Positions 21,466 to 33,700 of a stretch of DNA of 64,000 nucleotides are shown here, in pieces. A program made the translations under genes and the position numbers. The notes beneath the pieces were generated by a model. It saw nothing but the letters and a program-made list of their open reading frames with translations, was not told the DNA's origin and made no database searches. The DNA comes from SAR86 cluster bacterium AG-390-O18 (lineage in GTDB: Bacteria; Pseudomonadota; Gammaproteobacteria; Magnimaribacterales; AG-339-G14), in contig QCHF01000002.1 of NCBI GenBank assembly GCA_003279605.1, forward strand, positions 456,455-520,454. Direction: 5' to 3'. Each line of letters begins with the position of its first letter. Within the stretch, counting starts at the first letter, position 1.

Positions 21466-22610
21466 TGCAGAAAGTAGTATTACTTGGATCTACAGGATCG
21501 GTTGGAAAATCCTCTTTAGAAGTTATTGAAAAAAATAAAGAAAAATATGAAATTGCCTGTTTGGTTGCTCTTTCTAATGAAGAGCTGATAAAAGTTCAAG
21601 CCAAAAAACATAAGAAAGCAAAAATATACATAGAAAAACCAAGAGATAAACTTTCTTCAAAGAAACTTATTAATAAAAATGATCTTCTAAAATTAATTTC
21701 CGGTAAAGATGTAGACATAGTAATTGCCGCTATATCGGGTTCAGATGGTTTAGAGCTTATCCATCATTCTATCGTATCAGGAAAGAAAGTTTTAATTGCC
21801 AATAAAGAACCATTGGTAATGGCTGGTGATTTTATAGTTAATGAAGCAAAAAAATTTGGAGCTCAAATCATTCCAATTGATTCTGAACACTGTTCTATTC
21901 ATCAAAGCATTCAAGGTAAAAAAGAAAATTCCATATCAAAAATTACTCTCACTTGTTCAGGTGGTCCTTTTTATAATTTAACTAAATCAGAATTTAAATA
22001 TATTTCCTCAAAACAAGCTTTAAAACATCCAATTTGGAAGATGGGACGCAAAATTACCATAGACTCCTCAACTTTGATGAATAAAGCTTTAGAAATAATA
22101 GAGGCAAGGTATTTGTTTAATCAAAACCCTAACAAGATAGAAGCTATTATTCATCCTGAAGGGCTTATTCACTCTTTAGTCGAGTTTCATGATGGAACAA
22201 TCTTAGCCTCCATGGCTTTGCCAGATATGAAGATTCCAATATCTTATGGTCTGGGCTTCCCTGACACAATAGAAAATGGCGTAAATAAAATTAATTTACA
22301 AAAATTAAAAAATCTAAGTTTTAAACCAATAGATACTAAAAAGTTCCCGTCTATAGATTTTGCATATTTTGCTTTAAATCATGAGAAAGGGATGCCAATT
22401 ATTTTAAATGCTGCAAACGAGGTTGCTGTGGAATTATTTCTAAGAAATAAAATAACCTTTTTAAATATATACAAGCTAATTTCATCCACCCTTAACTATG
22501 CAGATAAGAGTAATATGGATTTAACTTCTGTATCATTAGAATCAATTTTAGAATTTAATAGGGAAGCAAAAAAAATTGCCTTAAACTTAGCAGCCAAAAA
22601 TAATAGATGA
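21465..22610 (+). CDS. dxr: 1-deoxy-D-xylulose-5-phosphate reductoisomerase
   Basis: LGSTGSVG, ANKE, PIDSEH and HPIWKMGRKITIDSSTLMNKALE motifs. Confidence 0.97.
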   Translation: MQKVVLLGSTGSVGKSSLEVIEKNKEKYEIACLVALSNEELIKVQAKKHKKAKIYIEKPRDKLSSKKLINKNDLLKLISGKDVDIVIAAISGSDGLELIHHSIVSGKKVLIANKEPLVMAGDFIVNEAKKFGAQIIPIDSEHCSIHQSIQGKKENSISKITLTCSGGPFYNLTKSEFKYISSKQALKHPIWKMGRKITIDSSTLMNKALEIIEARYLFNQNPNKIEAIIHPEGLIHSLVEFHDGTILASMALPDMKIPISYGLGFPDTIENGVNKINLQKLKNLSFKPIDTKKFPSIDFAYFALNHEKGMPIILNAANEVAVELFLRNKITFLNIYKLISSTLNYADKSNMDLTSVSLESILEFNREAKKIALNLAAKNNR

Positions 22611-23941
22611 CTTTTCTTGTATATATATGTTCTTTTTTAGTACTTATTTCGATAATTGTTTTCGTTCATGAACTTGGGCACTTTTCTTTTGCTCGTCTTT
22701 TTGGAGTAAGAGTATTGGATTTTTCCATAGGGTTTGGTAAGTCAATCAAAAGCTGGGAAACAAAATCTAAAACTGTTTTTAACCTCAGATTATTACCCTT
22801 TGGTGGTTATGTAAAAATGAACGGAGAAGAAATTATAGAAAAATCTCAATCTAGTGACTCCTATTCTTCTAAAAAGTATTACCAAAAATTATTGATAACT
22901 TTAGGAGGGCCAATCTTTAACTTTATTTTGGCTATTGCAATTTTTTTTATTATAAATATTTTAGGTATATATAAAATTATGCCAATAGTTGGTGACGTTC
23001 TTCCAAATTCAATTGTGTTTGAAGAAGGTATTGAAAAAGGAGATTTGATATCAAAGATTGACAATATTGAAATATACTCTTTTTCCGATGCGCAGCTTGC
23101 CCTTTCAAAGAGATTAGGCGAAACAGGGAATATAGAAATAAAAATTTTAAGAAATGAAAATTCTTTTGAATTTTTCTTGCCAATTAATAATTGGCTAAGC
23201 TCAAAAGAACCTTCGAACCTCTTATACGAATTAGGAATTTTCCCTCCCTTGGAACCAATCATCGGCTCAGTTATGAAGGCCAGTCCTGCAGAAATGGGAG
23301 GCATTAAACCTGGAGATAAAATTCTTGAAATCAATGATAAACCTATCACTTTTTGGGGAGATATTAGACAGGAAATAAATAAATCTAGAGGTAATGAAAT
23401 TCCAGTAAAAATTCTTAGAGAAAATAAAATTAATACATTAACAATTACACCCAGTCTTTCAGAAAGTGACTTTAACTGGCAGATTGGTGTTAGTTCGTCA
23501 TTTGAACTTAGTTCAAAAGCAAGAGTTTTGGTAACTTATTCTTTGGTTGATTCTTTAAAAAACTCATTCACTCAAACATATATTGTCATTGAAAACTCAG
23601 TTTTATTTCTTGGAAAAATTATTTTCGGTCAAGTTTCTGCAAAAAATCTTGGAGGACCAGTAATGATAGGTCAGTATGCTGGAGAATCTCTAATCTACGG
23701 CGGATTTTATTCCTTTTTTTATCTCATTGCTTTGATTAGTATCAGCCTTGGCATAGTTAATTTATTTCCTCTTCCAGTTTTGGATGGTGGCCAAGCTCTC
23801 ATCCTAACTATTGAAAGAATAATTGGCAGAGATTTACCAGATAAAATGCTTGATTTCTTTTATAGATTTGGGACTGCCTTTTTAATTTCCCTTTTTCTTT
23901 TTGTTTTTTTTAATGATATTTTTAGGATTCTTCAACCATGA
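22607..23941 (+). CDS. rseP: Intramembrane zinc metalloprotease RseP
   Basis: HELGH and NLFPLPVLDGG motifs with two PDZ-like regions. Confidence 0.97.
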   Translation: MTFLVYICSFLVLISIIVFVHELGHFSFARLFGVRVLDFSIGFGKSIKSWETKSKTVFNLRLLPFGGYVKMNGEEIIEKSQSSDSYSSKKYYQKLLITLGGPIFNFILAIAIFFIINILGIYKIMPIVGDVLPNSIVFEEGIEKGDLISKIDNIEIYSFSDAQLALSKRLGETGNIEIKILRNENSFEFFLPINNWLSSKEPSNLLYELGIFPPLEPIIGSVMKASPAEMGGIKPGDKILEINDKPITFWGDIRQEINKSRGNEIPVKILRENKINTLTITPSLSESDFNWQIGVSSSFELSSKARVLVTYSLVDSLKNSFTQTYIVIENSVLFLGKIIFGQVSAKNLGGPVMIGQYAGESLIYGGFYSFFYLIALISISLGIVNLFPLPVLDGGQALILTIERIIGRDLPDKMLDFFYRFGTAFLISLFLFVFFNDIFRILQP

Positions 23942-26262
23942 AAAACAGGTTTATATTCTTAATTTTATTAACTTTTTCATCTTTTTCTATTACTCAACAA
24001 GATTCTTGGGTCCTTGATGACATAAGGATTTCGGGCCTTCAAAGAGTTTCTGCAGGAAGTGTGTTTGCTGTTATGCCAGTGAGTATTGGAGATATCATCA
24101 ATAATGAAAATTATAAAGAAATAGCAACTTCAATTTTTGAGACTGGTAAATTTGATGATATTAAATTAGGCAGAGAAGGTAACGCACTATTAATTAGTCT
24201 TGCAGAACGACCAACTATTGATGAAATATTAATAGAAGGTAACAAAGCAATTAAAACTGACGCGCTATTAGACGGCCTTAAAAAGTCAGGAACATTTGTC
24301 GGAGCTTTGTATAAAAGGGCTATTTTTGAGAGCCTAAGCGTAGAATTAGAAAGACAATACTCTTCTCAAGGAAAGTATTCTGCTGAAGTAGAGGTTCAGT
24401 CTGAGAATTTACCTAAAAATAGAATAAAGCTATCTATAAACATAGATGAAGGTGTTTCATCTTCTTTAAAAGTTATAAATTTAGTAGGTAATAAGAAATT
24501 TTCTGATGAAGAAATTTTAAAAGAGTTTAAATTAAAGGAAAAAAATTGGCTATCTGTATTCAGCAGGGGGTCGGGATACTCAAAAGAAAATTTAAAGGGA
24601 GATTTAGAAACTTTAGAGTCCTTGTATAAAAATAATGGATTTCTTAAGTTTGAAGTTCTCTCCACTATGGTTTCAATCTCAGAAAATAAAAAAGATATAT
24701 TTCTTACTATAACTTTAAATGAAGGAAATATTTACAAGGTTAAAGAGGTGAGTCTTGCAGGAGATTTAGATATCGATGAATTGATTCTTAAAAGCCTACT
24801 AAATATTCCCACTAATGAAATATATATGGAGTCATTTGTCAAATTTTCTGAAGACAGAATAAAAGGCTTACTCGAAAGTATTGGGTATACAAATGCTGAA
24901 GTTTCTACATCAAGAGAAATTAACGAAGAAGAAAAATCTGTCTCCTTAACTCTTTTTGTTGATAAAGGCCAAAGAACGATGGTTAACAGAATTTCTTTCC
25001 AAGGAAATGAAAGAACTCATGATGTGGTTTTGAGAAGGGAAATGAGGCAAATGGAAAAAAGTTGGGCATCAAATGACTTAATGGAGATCTCAAAATTAAG
25101 ACTGGATAGGCTTGGATTTTTTAAAAATGTGGAGTATGAAAAGAAATCTGTTCCAGGTTCCCCTGATGAAGTAGATGTAATTTTTAAAGTAGAAGAACAA
25201 TATTCTGGATCAATAGGAGGTTCTTTAGGCTATGGTGCTTATGGGTTCAGTTTGGGGGCAAACTATTCAGAAAAAAATGCTTTTGGAACAGGGAACACAG
25301 TTTCGGTTGGAATAAGTTATAGCGAATGGAGACAAGATATCTCATTTAATTTTTTTGACCCATACTTTACTATTGATGGGCTTGGCTTAGGCTATGGAGC
25401 TTATTTAAGAAAAACTGATTATGGAAACTTTAATATCGCATCCTACAACACAGATTCTTATGGAGGGTCAGTAAATTTTCAGCTACCAATTACTGAGATT
25501 GAACAGCTTGGACTTTCATTGCAAGTCGATAATACGCAATTAAAAGCAAATGCATTTAGCTCTAGACAGTTAGTAGATTTTTATACTTCCGAAGGTTTTG
25601 ATTTTAACACTTACAGCGGACAAGTAAGCTGGTCTAGAGTTACTTTAGACAGAGGTCTATTTCCAACAAATGGATCTAGAAATTCAATTTCAATCAGCTT
25701 AACGCTTCCAGGGAGTAATATTAATTATGGAAGATTTAATCATGACTTCAAAATATTTAGGCCTTTACCTCTTGGATTAGTTTTTGCTTATAAATCAAGA
25801 ATTGGAGCCTTATTTACATACGGAGATACCCAAACGGCTCCTCCCTATCAAAATTTTTATGCTGGAGGAATGAGATCGGTTAGAGGTTTTAAACAAAATT
25901 ATTTAGGTCCAAAAGCCGTTTATAATCAAGGTTATGGACCAAGCAGACCCAGACCAATAGGAGGCCCTTATAGCTTATCCGGAGGATTTGATTTAATCGT
26001 TCCATTAGATTTTGTTCCCGATCCAAGATCAGTAAGAGCTTCAGTTTTTATTGATTATGGGAATGTATTTAGTGATGGATGTAAATCTTATGAGACAAAC
26101 TGCTATGAGTTTGATTTATCTGAGCTTAGGTATTCAGTAGGCTTAGGTTTCACATGGGTTACAGCATTAGGACCACTATCCTTTGCAATTTCCTCTGTTT
26201 TTAATGATTCTCCTGAAGATCGGACTGAATCTTTTCAATTTGAAATAGGCACGCAATTTTAA
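23938..26262 (+). CDS. bamA: Outer membrane protein assembly factor BamA
   Basis: POTRA repeats (DIRISGLQRVS, VLRREMRQME), FYAGGMRSVRGF motif, C-terminal Phe. Confidence 0.97.
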   Translation: MKNRFIFLILLTFSSFSITQQDSWVLDDIRISGLQRVSAGSVFAVMPVSIGDIINNENYKEIATSIFETGKFDDIKLGREGNALLISLAERPTIDEILIEGNKAIKTDALLDGLKKSGTFVGALYKRAIFESLSVELERQYSSQGKYSAEVEVQSENLPKNRIKLSINIDEGVSSSLKVINLVGNKKFSDEEILKEFKLKEKNWLSVFSRGSGYSKENLKGDLETLESLYKNNGFLKFEVLSTMVSISENKKDIFLTITLNEGNIYKVKEVSLAGDLDIDELILKSLLNIPTNEIYMESFVKFSEDRIKGLLESIGYTNAEVSTSREINEEEKSVSLTLFVDKGQRTMVNRISFQGNERTHDVVLRREMRQMEKSWASNDLMEISKLRLDRLGFFKNVEYEKKSVPGSPDEVDVIFKVEEQYSGSIGGSLGYGAYGFSLGANYSEKNAFGTGNTVSVGISYSEWRQDISFNFFDPYFTIDGLGLGYGAYLRKTDYGNFNIASYNTDSYGGSVNFQLPITEIEQLGLSLQVDNTQLKANAFSSRQLVDFYTSEGFDFNTYSGQVSWSRVTLDRGLFPTNGSRNSISISLTLPGSNINYGRFNHDFKIFRPLPLGLVFAYKSRIGALFTYGDTQTAPPYQNFYAGGMRSVRGFKQNYLGPKAVYNQGYGPSRPRPIGGPYSLSGGFDLIVPLDFVPDPRSVRASVFIDYGNVFSDGCKSYETNCYEFDLSELRYSVGLGFTWVTALGPLSFAISSVFNDSPEDRTESFQFEIGTQF

Positions 26263-26342
26263 AAAAAATAGGAATTTTTTTTACCAAAAGTGTAAAATTC
26301 AATATCTTTTTTAATTTAAAATAGATCTTCAAGGGGTTAAAT

Positions 26343-26870
26343 ATGAAAAACATTAAAAGAATTTTTATTTTTATTTCTCTATCATTTTTTGGTAGTTCGG
26401 CTTTTCTTTCAGAAGGAATTGCTGTGATTGATTACAATGCAATTTTCCTAGGAACAGATCTAGCAAGAGAGCGTATTGATGATTTAAGAGATTCATCTGA
26501 CTATAAAGACCTTACTGACGAGGCCCAAGCTAAAGACAGTGAAAGAATAAAGTTAGCTGAAAAATTAAAAAAGGACGAATCAACCCTCTCCGATTCAGAA
26601 AAGGATGAAATTTTAAAAAAAATTCAAACTCTTTACCAAAGCATACAGCTCTTATCTCAGCAAATCCAAGCTAAGGAACAAGAGGTAACCCAAAAACTTC
26701 AGGCAGATCAGGCAGAGGCTGTACAAAAAGTTGTTAATGAATTGATAAAAGCAAAAAAAATAAAAATGCTTTTAAATTCTCAAGCTTTACTTGCATTTGA
26801 TAGAAGTGATGAAAAAATAAACCTTACCCCTGAAGTAGTTGATCTTATAAATAAAGAACAGAAAAAATAA
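26343..26870 (+). CDS. skp: Periplasmic chaperone Skp/OmpH
   Basis: Signal peptide, IAVID, long coiled coil and NLTPEVV; between bamA and lpxD. Confidence 0.88.
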   Translation: MKNIKRIFIFISLSFFGSSAFLSEGIAVIDYNAIFLGTDLARERIDDLRDSSDYKDLTDEAQAKDSERIKLAEKLKKDESTLSDSEKDEILKKIQTLYQSIQLLSQQIQAKEQEVTQKLQADQAEAVQKVVNELIKAKKIKMLLNSQALLAFDRSDEKINLTPEVVDLINKEQKK

Positions 26871-26876
26871 TAAAGT

Positions 26877-27851
26877 TTGTCCAAAGAGTCTTTTAAGCTT
26901 TCAGAAATCTCAGATTTTCTAGGTGGACAGTTATCTGGCGATGGCTCTATAACTATTTCTGAAATTAAAACTTTATTAGAAGCTGACAAAGGATCTATAT
27001 CTTTTATCTACAATAAAAAATTCAAAAAAGATCTTGAAGCAACATCAGCCTCAGCAGTTCTTATTTCAAAAGAATATATCAATCATTGCCAAGTAGATTA
27101 TATTCTCGTTGCAAATCCACACGAATCTTATGCAAAGCTAACCCAACTATTTTCTGGAAATTTGAGAAAAAAAATTTCAAATAAAAATTATGCAGATTCA
27201 TATTCAAAAGATGGTATCGAAATTGGAAAAAACGTTTTTGTCGGTAAGAATGTAATAATTGAAAAAGGAACTAAAATAAATTCTGGATCCTTTATTGGAG
27301 ATGATGTTTTTATTGGAGAAGAGACCTATATACACCCAAATGTTTGCCTTTATCATTCTGTAAGGATTGGAAAAAAAAATATTATTCACGCCAATTCAGT
27401 TATAGGATCAGACGGCCTAGGTTTTGCAAATAACGAAGATTCATGGGAAAAAATAGAACATCTTGGGTCTGTTGAGCTAAAAGATAATGTAGAAGTTGGA
27501 GCTTCTTGTACCATTGATAGAGCATCTTTAGGCGCAACGATTTTAAACAACGGGGTAAAGCTAGATAATCAAGTCCACATTGCTCATAACTGTAATATCG
27601 GAAAAAATACAATAATAGGTGCGAAGACTGCAATTGCAGGAAGTACAGTTATCGGGGAAGAATGTTTAATTGGAGGCGGTTGTGGAATTGTTGATAATAT
27701 TAAAATAGAAAAAGGCGTTAGAATAAATCCGATGACATTCATAACTAAATCCATAAAGAAACCGGGAATTTATTCTGGCGGCTCTGTTGTTTTAGAACAC
27801 TCAAAATGGCTTAAACATATTACAATTCAGAAAAAAGAATTTGATGATTGA
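26877..27851 (+). CDS. lpxD: UDP-3-O-acylglucosamine N-acyltransferase
   Basis: Hexapeptide repeats, IGSDG, TIDR and [11 protein letters not shown] motifs. Confidence 0.95.
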   Translation: MSKESFKLSEISDFLGGQLSGDGSITISEIKTLLEADKGSISFIYNKKFKKDLEATSASAVLISKEYINHCQVDYILVANPHESYAKLTQLFSGNLRKKISNKNYADSYSKDGIEIGKNVFVGKNVIIEKGTKINSGSFIGDDVFIGEETYIHPNVCLYHSVRIGKKNIIHANSVIGSDGLGFANNEDSWEKIEHLGSVELKDNVEVGASCTIDRASLGATILNNGVKLDNQVHIAHNCNIGKNTIIGAKTAIAGSTVIGEECLIGGGCGIVDNIKIEKGVRINPMTFITKSIKKPGIYSGGSVVLEHSKWLKHITIQKKEFDD

Positions 27852-28281
27852 TATTGAAAAAATAAAAACATTATTACCTCACCGTTATCCATTTTTGCTT
27901 GTAGACAGAGTTGAAGAACTTGAAGAGCATAAATACATAAAAGCTTATAAAAATATCACAAACAGCGAACCTTTTTTTCTTGGCCATTTTCCGAATAGAT
28001 CTGTTATGCCCGGCGTTTTAATTCTTGAAGCTTTAGCTCAAGCTTCAGGAGTTCTGGGTTTTGTTTCAATGAATAAAACTCCTGAAGAAGGTTCAATGTA
28101 TTATTTCGTAGGCGCAGATAAATTAAGGTTTAAAAACCCCGTTACACCTGGAGATAAACTAACACTCGAATCAACTAAAATTTCAGAAAAGGCAGGAATT
28201 TGGAAATTTGATTGTAAGGCAACTGTAGGAGAAAAATTTATTTGTTCGGCAATTGTACTTTGTGCTGATCGACCTAAATGA
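27844..28281 (+). CDS. fabZ: 3-hydroxyacyl-ACP dehydratase
   Basis: [13 protein letters not shown] and [17 protein letters not shown] motifs. Confidence 0.98.
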   Translation: MIDIEKIKTLLPHRYPFLLVDRVEELEEHKYIKAYKNITNSEPFFLGHFPNRSVMPGVLILEALAQASGVLGFVSMNKTPEEGSMYYFVGADKLRFKNPVTPGDKLTLESTKISEKAGIWKFDCKATVGEKFICSAIVLCADRPK

Positions 28282-29048
28282 TTCATTCTTCGGCTCAAAT
28301 AGATTCATCTGCTGAAATAGATGATGGTGTTTCAATAGGCCCTTATACGGTAATAGGTCCTAATGTAAAGATAAAATCTGGTACCGTCATCGAAGGAAAT
28401 GTTTTTATTCATAAGAATACGTTTATTGGTAAAGATAACCTTATTTATCCTTTTGCAAGCATAGGAGGAGATCCTCAAGATTTAAAATATCAAGGAGAAG
28501 ATACTTTTCTAGAAATTGGCAATCATAACGAAATTAGAGAGGGATCAACAATTAATAGAGGCACCGTTCAAGAAAATGGAAAAACCATAATTGGTAACAA
28601 TAACCTTTTGATGGCTTACACTCACGTTGCACATGATTGTATTTTGGAAGACGATATAGTTATGACAAATAATGCAGGTGTTGCTGGAGTTGTTAAAGTC
28701 GGCAGGGGAGCAAGGCTTAGTGGTTTTACATTAGTTCACCAGTTCTGCAACATAGGAAGCTATAGTTTTAGCGCCTTAGGTACAATTATTACTAAAGACG
28801 TGCCTGCTTATGTGAGAGTTAGCGGAAATCCTGCAATTCCAAGAGGATTAAATATCATTGGTATTCAAAGACAAGATCTTTCTAAAGAAGTAGGCGATGC
28901 CTTAAAAGAGTCATATAAAATTTTGTATCTCAGAAAAAATAAATTGAAGGACGCAAAACAGGAAATTATCTCGAAATTTAAAGATATTAAAGAAATGAGT
29001 CTTTTCATTGATAGTATTTCAAATACTGGAAGAAGTATAGTTCGTTAA
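28278..29048 (+). CDS. lpxA: UDP-N-acetylglucosamine acyltransferase
   Basis: [22 protein letters not shown] and VHQFC motifs. Confidence 0.97.
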   Translation: MIHSSAQIDSSAEIDDGVSIGPYTVIGPNVKIKSGTVIEGNVFIHKNTFIGKDNLIYPFASIGGDPQDLKYQGEDTFLEIGNHNEIREGSTINRGTVQENGKTIIGNNNLLMAYTHVAHDCILEDDIVMTNNAGVAGVVKVGRGARLSGFTLVHQFCNIGSYSFSALGTIITKDVPAYVRVSGNPAIPRGLNIIGIQRQDLSKEVGDALKESYKILYLRKNKLKDAKQEIISKFKDIKEMSLFIDSISNTGRSIVR

Positions 29049-29061
29049 GGGTTAAAAAATT

Positions 29062-30177
29062 TTGAAAATCGCAGTTTGTGCAGGCGAAAAATCTGGAGAT
29101 GCTCTCGGGCAAGAACTCCTTGCTGATCTAAAAAGAAATAATGAAAACATAAAGATTATTGGCGTCGGCGGCTCGCTGATGGAAAGGGAGGGATTAAAAA
29201 GCTTTTTTCCTATTAAGGAAATTTCTTATATGGGTTTAATTGATCCATTATTAAACTTAAGAAAAATTTTAAAAATCAGAAAAAATTTTATAAATTTTAT
29301 AAAAAAAGAGAATCCCGACATATTTATTGGAATAGATAGCCCATCTTTTAATAGCGGTATTTGCAAAGCTTTAAGAAGAGATACAAATATTAAAACAGTT
29401 CAATATGTATGTCCTCAGTTTTGGGCATGGCGATATGGAAGAGTTCATAAATTTAATTCTTTGTACCACAGAATATTCTCACTATTTCCTTTTGAATCTG
29501 AACTATTAAAAAAACATGGCGTTAATTTTTCTTATGTAGGCCATCCGCTAGCTAAAAATTTATCAAGTGATTCTAATCAACAAGAATGGAAAAAAAACTT
29601 TGACATCCCATTAGCTAAAAGAGTAATTGCAATTCTACCTGGTAGTAGAAAATCTGAAATAAATTATCATTCAAAGCCATTAGCAGACTTCATAAATAAA
29701 TATAAAAGGGAGAATTCTGATGTAGAAATTGTAGTGGCTTTGAATAAAGAATCTGACCTTCAAGGCGAATTAAAAAAGTTATCAAAAAAAATTAATGTTA
29801 TTTATAACTCTACTCAAAAAGTTTTAGCTATTTGTGATTTAGCTATAGTGGCATCTGGAACAGCTACCTTAGAGGCTGCAATTTTAGCTAAACCAATGGT
29901 GGTAATTTATAAAAGTAATAAATTTAGTAATTTCATCTTATCCAATTTTTTCTTAAAAACTAAATTCATTTCTCTGCCTAATATTCTTTCTCAGGAAAAA
30001 ATTGTCTATGAGCTAAGACAAAATAAAGTCTCTAGTAAGGAAATGATAGAAAAAGTTGAACTTACCTTAAAAAACCAAAAAGATATTTCAGATAAGCTAA
30101 GTTTAATAAAAGATAGTTTATTAGTTACAAATTCAAATAAGTTCTCAAATGCTTTGAAAGAAATTCTTGCAAAATGA
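29062..30177 (+). CDS. lpxB: Lipid-A-disaccharide synthase
   Basis: AGEKSGD, IDSPSFN, PQFWAWR, LPGSRKSE and SGTATLE motifs. Confidence 0.96.
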   Translation: MKIAVCAGEKSGDALGQELLADLKRNNENIKIIGVGGSLMEREGLKSFFPIKEISYMGLIDPLLNLRKILKIRKNFINFIKKENPDIFIGIDSPSFNSGICKALRRDTNIKTVQYVCPQFWAWRYGRVHKFNSLYHRIFSLFPFESELLKKHGVNFSYVGHPLAKNLSSDSNQQEWKKNFDIPLAKRVIAILPGSRKSEINYHSKPLADFINKYKRENSDVEIVVALNKESDLQGELKKLSKKINVIYNSTQKVLAICDLAIVASGTATLEAAILAKPMVVIYKSNKFSNFILSNFFLKTKFISLPNILSQEKIVYELRQNKVSSKEMIEKVELTLKNQKDISDKLSLIKDSLLVTNSNKFSNALKEILAK

Positions 30178-30734
30178 AAAATTACCTTGTCGGAGCTGAT
30201 GAAGTAGGAAGAGGCTGTTTGTTTGGTCCTGTAATTGCTGCAGCAGTAATTTTAGGAAATTATAATAATTTTGAATTAAAAGATTCAAAAAAGCTTTCTG
30301 AAAAAAAAAGAACTATGCTTTTTAGTGATATTAAAAAAAATGCAACCAAAATTTCAATTGGTGAAGCATCTGTTAAGGAAATAGATTTCTTAAATATAAA
30401 AGAAGCCAGCCTTTTAGCTATGAAAAGGGCAATATTAGGATTAAAAGTTAAAAATATAGAGGTTATTGTAGATGGCATAGATATTCCTAAAATAAATTAT
30501 CCTTGCAAAGCAATAATTAAAGCTGACGAGAAAATTTCTGAGGTAATGGCTGCATCTATTGTTGCAAAAGTCCATAGAGACAATTTAATGATAGCTTTTA
30601 GTAAAAAATATCCTGATTTTTCTCTAGAAAAAAACAAAGGATATCCAACAAAAGAACACTTAAATATTTTAAAATCTTTAGGACCAACTGAATATCATAG
30701 GAAAAGTTTTAAGCCAGTTTTAGATGCTAGATAA
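30174..30734 (+). CDS. rnhB: Ribonuclease HII
   Basis: GADEVGRGCLFGPV, DSKKLS, AASIVAKV and NKGYPT motifs. Confidence 0.97.
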   Translation: MKNYLVGADEVGRGCLFGPVIAAAVILGNYNNFELKDSKKLSEKKRTMLFSDIKKNATKISIGEASVKEIDFLNIKEASLLAMKRAILGLKVKNIEVIVDGIDIPKINYPCKAIIKADEKISEVMAASIVAKVHRDNLMIAFSKKYPDFSLEKNKGYPTKEHLNILKSLGPTEYHRKSFKPVLDAR

Positions 30735-33700
30735 AAAATTTACACACTTAAATATTCATAGCGAATATTCTATTGTCGATAGCATTGTCAAAATTGATCA
30801 ACTTTCTGAAAAAGCTGAGAAATATAATTATGAAAGTATAGCTATTACTGATTCTGCGAATCTTTTTGGATTTTTAAAATTTTATAAGTCAGTCAGATCA
30901 AAAGGTATAAAACCTATTGCTGGAGCAGAAATTAATCATGTGAGAGATAATTCTTCTCATCACGAACATGCCAATTTAACTTTGATTGCAAAAAACCAAT
31001 CTGGTTATAAAAATTTAATAAAGCTAATTTCAAAATCTCAAATAGCTGGAAAAACATCAGGTATTCCGGTCATAGAAACTGAATGGCTTGCTGAACATTC
31101 CGAAGGACTTATTGCTCTTTCCGGAGGGTTTAGGGGACATATAGGAAAAGCTATTTTGGATACTAATCATGATCTTTTTTTAAAAAGAATTAAATACTTT
31201 CAAAAAATATTTGAAGAAGATTTCATTCTAGAAATATCAAGAATCAATAGACCGCAAGAAGACTTGTATAACGAATACATACTTTCAAAAGCAGGAGAAT
31301 TGGGGTTGCCAGTGGTTGCATCAAATGAAGTCAGATTTATCGATAAAGAAGATTATGAGGCGCATGAGACAAGGGTATGCATTCAAAAAGGAGAAGTATT
31401 AAGTGACGCAAGAAGAACACGAAATTATTTTGAAGATCAATATTTTCTTTCTTCAGAGGAAATGCATGAAAAGTTTAAAGACATTCCAGAAGCTCTTTCA
31501 AATGCTTATGAATTATCAAAAAAATGTAATTTAGAGATTAAAACTGGTATTTACGTGTTACCTGATTTTGAAACGCCTTTGAATAAATCAGCCGCAGATC
31601 ACTTGATTGAACTTTCTAATAATAATTTAAAAGAAAAAATTAAAGATCTCTCTGAAGATGACAAAGTTAAATACGCTAACAGACTTGAATTTGAATTAGA
31701 TGTGATTTCTAAAATGGGTTATTCCGGTTATTTCCTCGTTGTATCGGATTTTGTTAATTGGGCTTTGGAAAACAATGTGCCTGTTGGACCAGGAAGAGGA
31801 TCAGGTGCAGCCTCCTTGGTAGCTTATTGTTTAGGTATAACAGGTATAGACCCTTTGAAATATGGTTTACTTTTTGAAAGATTTCTAAATCCTGACAGGA
31901 TAAGCAATCCTGATTTTGATATAGATTTTTGCAAAGACGGAAGAGATAAAGTTATTGATTATGTCACTCAAAAATATGGAAAACAGGCTGTAGCGCAAAT
32001 TTGTACTTTTGGAACCATGGCTGCTAGAGCAGTAGTTAGAGATGTTGCAAGAGCTCAAGGAAAATCTTATGGCTTGGCAGATAAGTTAGCAAAAATGATT
32101 CCCTTTTCCCCAGATATGACACTTGAAAAAGCTTTGGAAAATAATGACTTAAAAAGAGCATTAAAAACTGATGAACAGGCAGAAGAAATATTTGATATGG
32201 CAAGAAAACTAGAGGGCATTATTAGAAATGTTGGAAAACATGCTGCAGGAGTAGTCATTGCACCATCAGAGATCAATGATTTTTCCCCTCTTTATCTTGA
32301 TGAGGCAACAAATACCTTAGCAACGCAATTCGATATGAAAGATATCGAATCGGTAGGTCTACAAAAATTTGATTTTTTAGGATTGAGGACCCTCACCATT
32401 ATAAAAGATGCTTTAGACCTTATTAATACAAAAAGACAAAAGCTAAATTTAGATTCAATTAATTTAGATCAATTAAATCTTGAAGACAGATTAACTTTTG
32501 AGCTTTTGCAAAATGGTCTTACGACTGCGGTCTTTCAATTAGAATCCCGAGGTTTGAAAGAATATCTGGTAAAGATTAAACCATCTTCTTTTGAAGATAT
32601 TATTTCTGTTGTTGCTTTATATCGCCCTGGACCTTTGGATGCAGGAATGGTTGATACCTTCATTAAAAGAAAGCATGGATCTGAAAAAACAGACTATCTG
32701 GGAGATAAGGATATTGAAAAAGTCTTAAAAAATACATACGGCGTAATAGTCTATCAAGAACAAGTCATGCAACTAGCTCAGGAGTATTCAGGCTTTTCTT
32801 TAGGGCAAGCAGATTTACTTAGAAGAGCTATGGGTAAAAAAATTCCTGAAGAAATGGAAAGACAAAGACCTGAATTTATCAATGGAGCTTTGAAAAAGGG
32901 AAAAATAGAAAGAGCAGCAGAGGGATTATTTGATCAAATTCAAACTTTTGCAGGATATGGTTTTAATAAAGCACATTCAGCAGGATACGGGCTCATTGCA
33001 TTTCAAACAGCATGGCTTAAAGCACATTATCCCGTTGAGTTTTTGAGTGCAGCCTTATCCTCAGATATGGATGATTCAGATAGAGTTAGGTTACTATTAG
33101 ATGATTGTCAGAATTTTGAAATAGATATCATCAAACCAGATGTAAATAAAAGTCAATTGAACTTTATAAATCAAGGAGACAACGAAATTTTATATGGTTT
33201 GGGTGCAGTAAAGGGTTTAGGTAAAGCAGCTATTGAAAATATTATCAGCCAACGAGATCATAAACCTTTTGAAAACTTATATGATTTTTGTGCAAGAGTA
33301 GATTTAAGTAAGGTTGATAAAAGAGGTATAGAGCCACTAATTAAATGCGGGGCGATGGATTCTTTTAATTTATCTCGAAAAGAGATGTTAGAGAGTTTAG
33401 AAGATGCTATGAAATACGCAAAACAAAATACCATGACTCAAGAAAGTGGCATTTCAGATTTGTTTGGCGGCATTAGCGAAAGCAATGATTTCATTCCCAT
33501 TAAAAAAGATAAGTATGATGACTTTGCTAATTCTAAATTTGAATTTTCAGCTCTTGGGTTTTATTTAGAGACACATCCAGTTAAAGAACATTACTGGGAA
33601 CTAATAAAACTAGGAACTGGTTCTATTGAGAATGTAATAGAAGAAAGAGTGAATACAATATCAGGAGTAATCATTCGTCAAAATAGAATCCAAACCAGAA

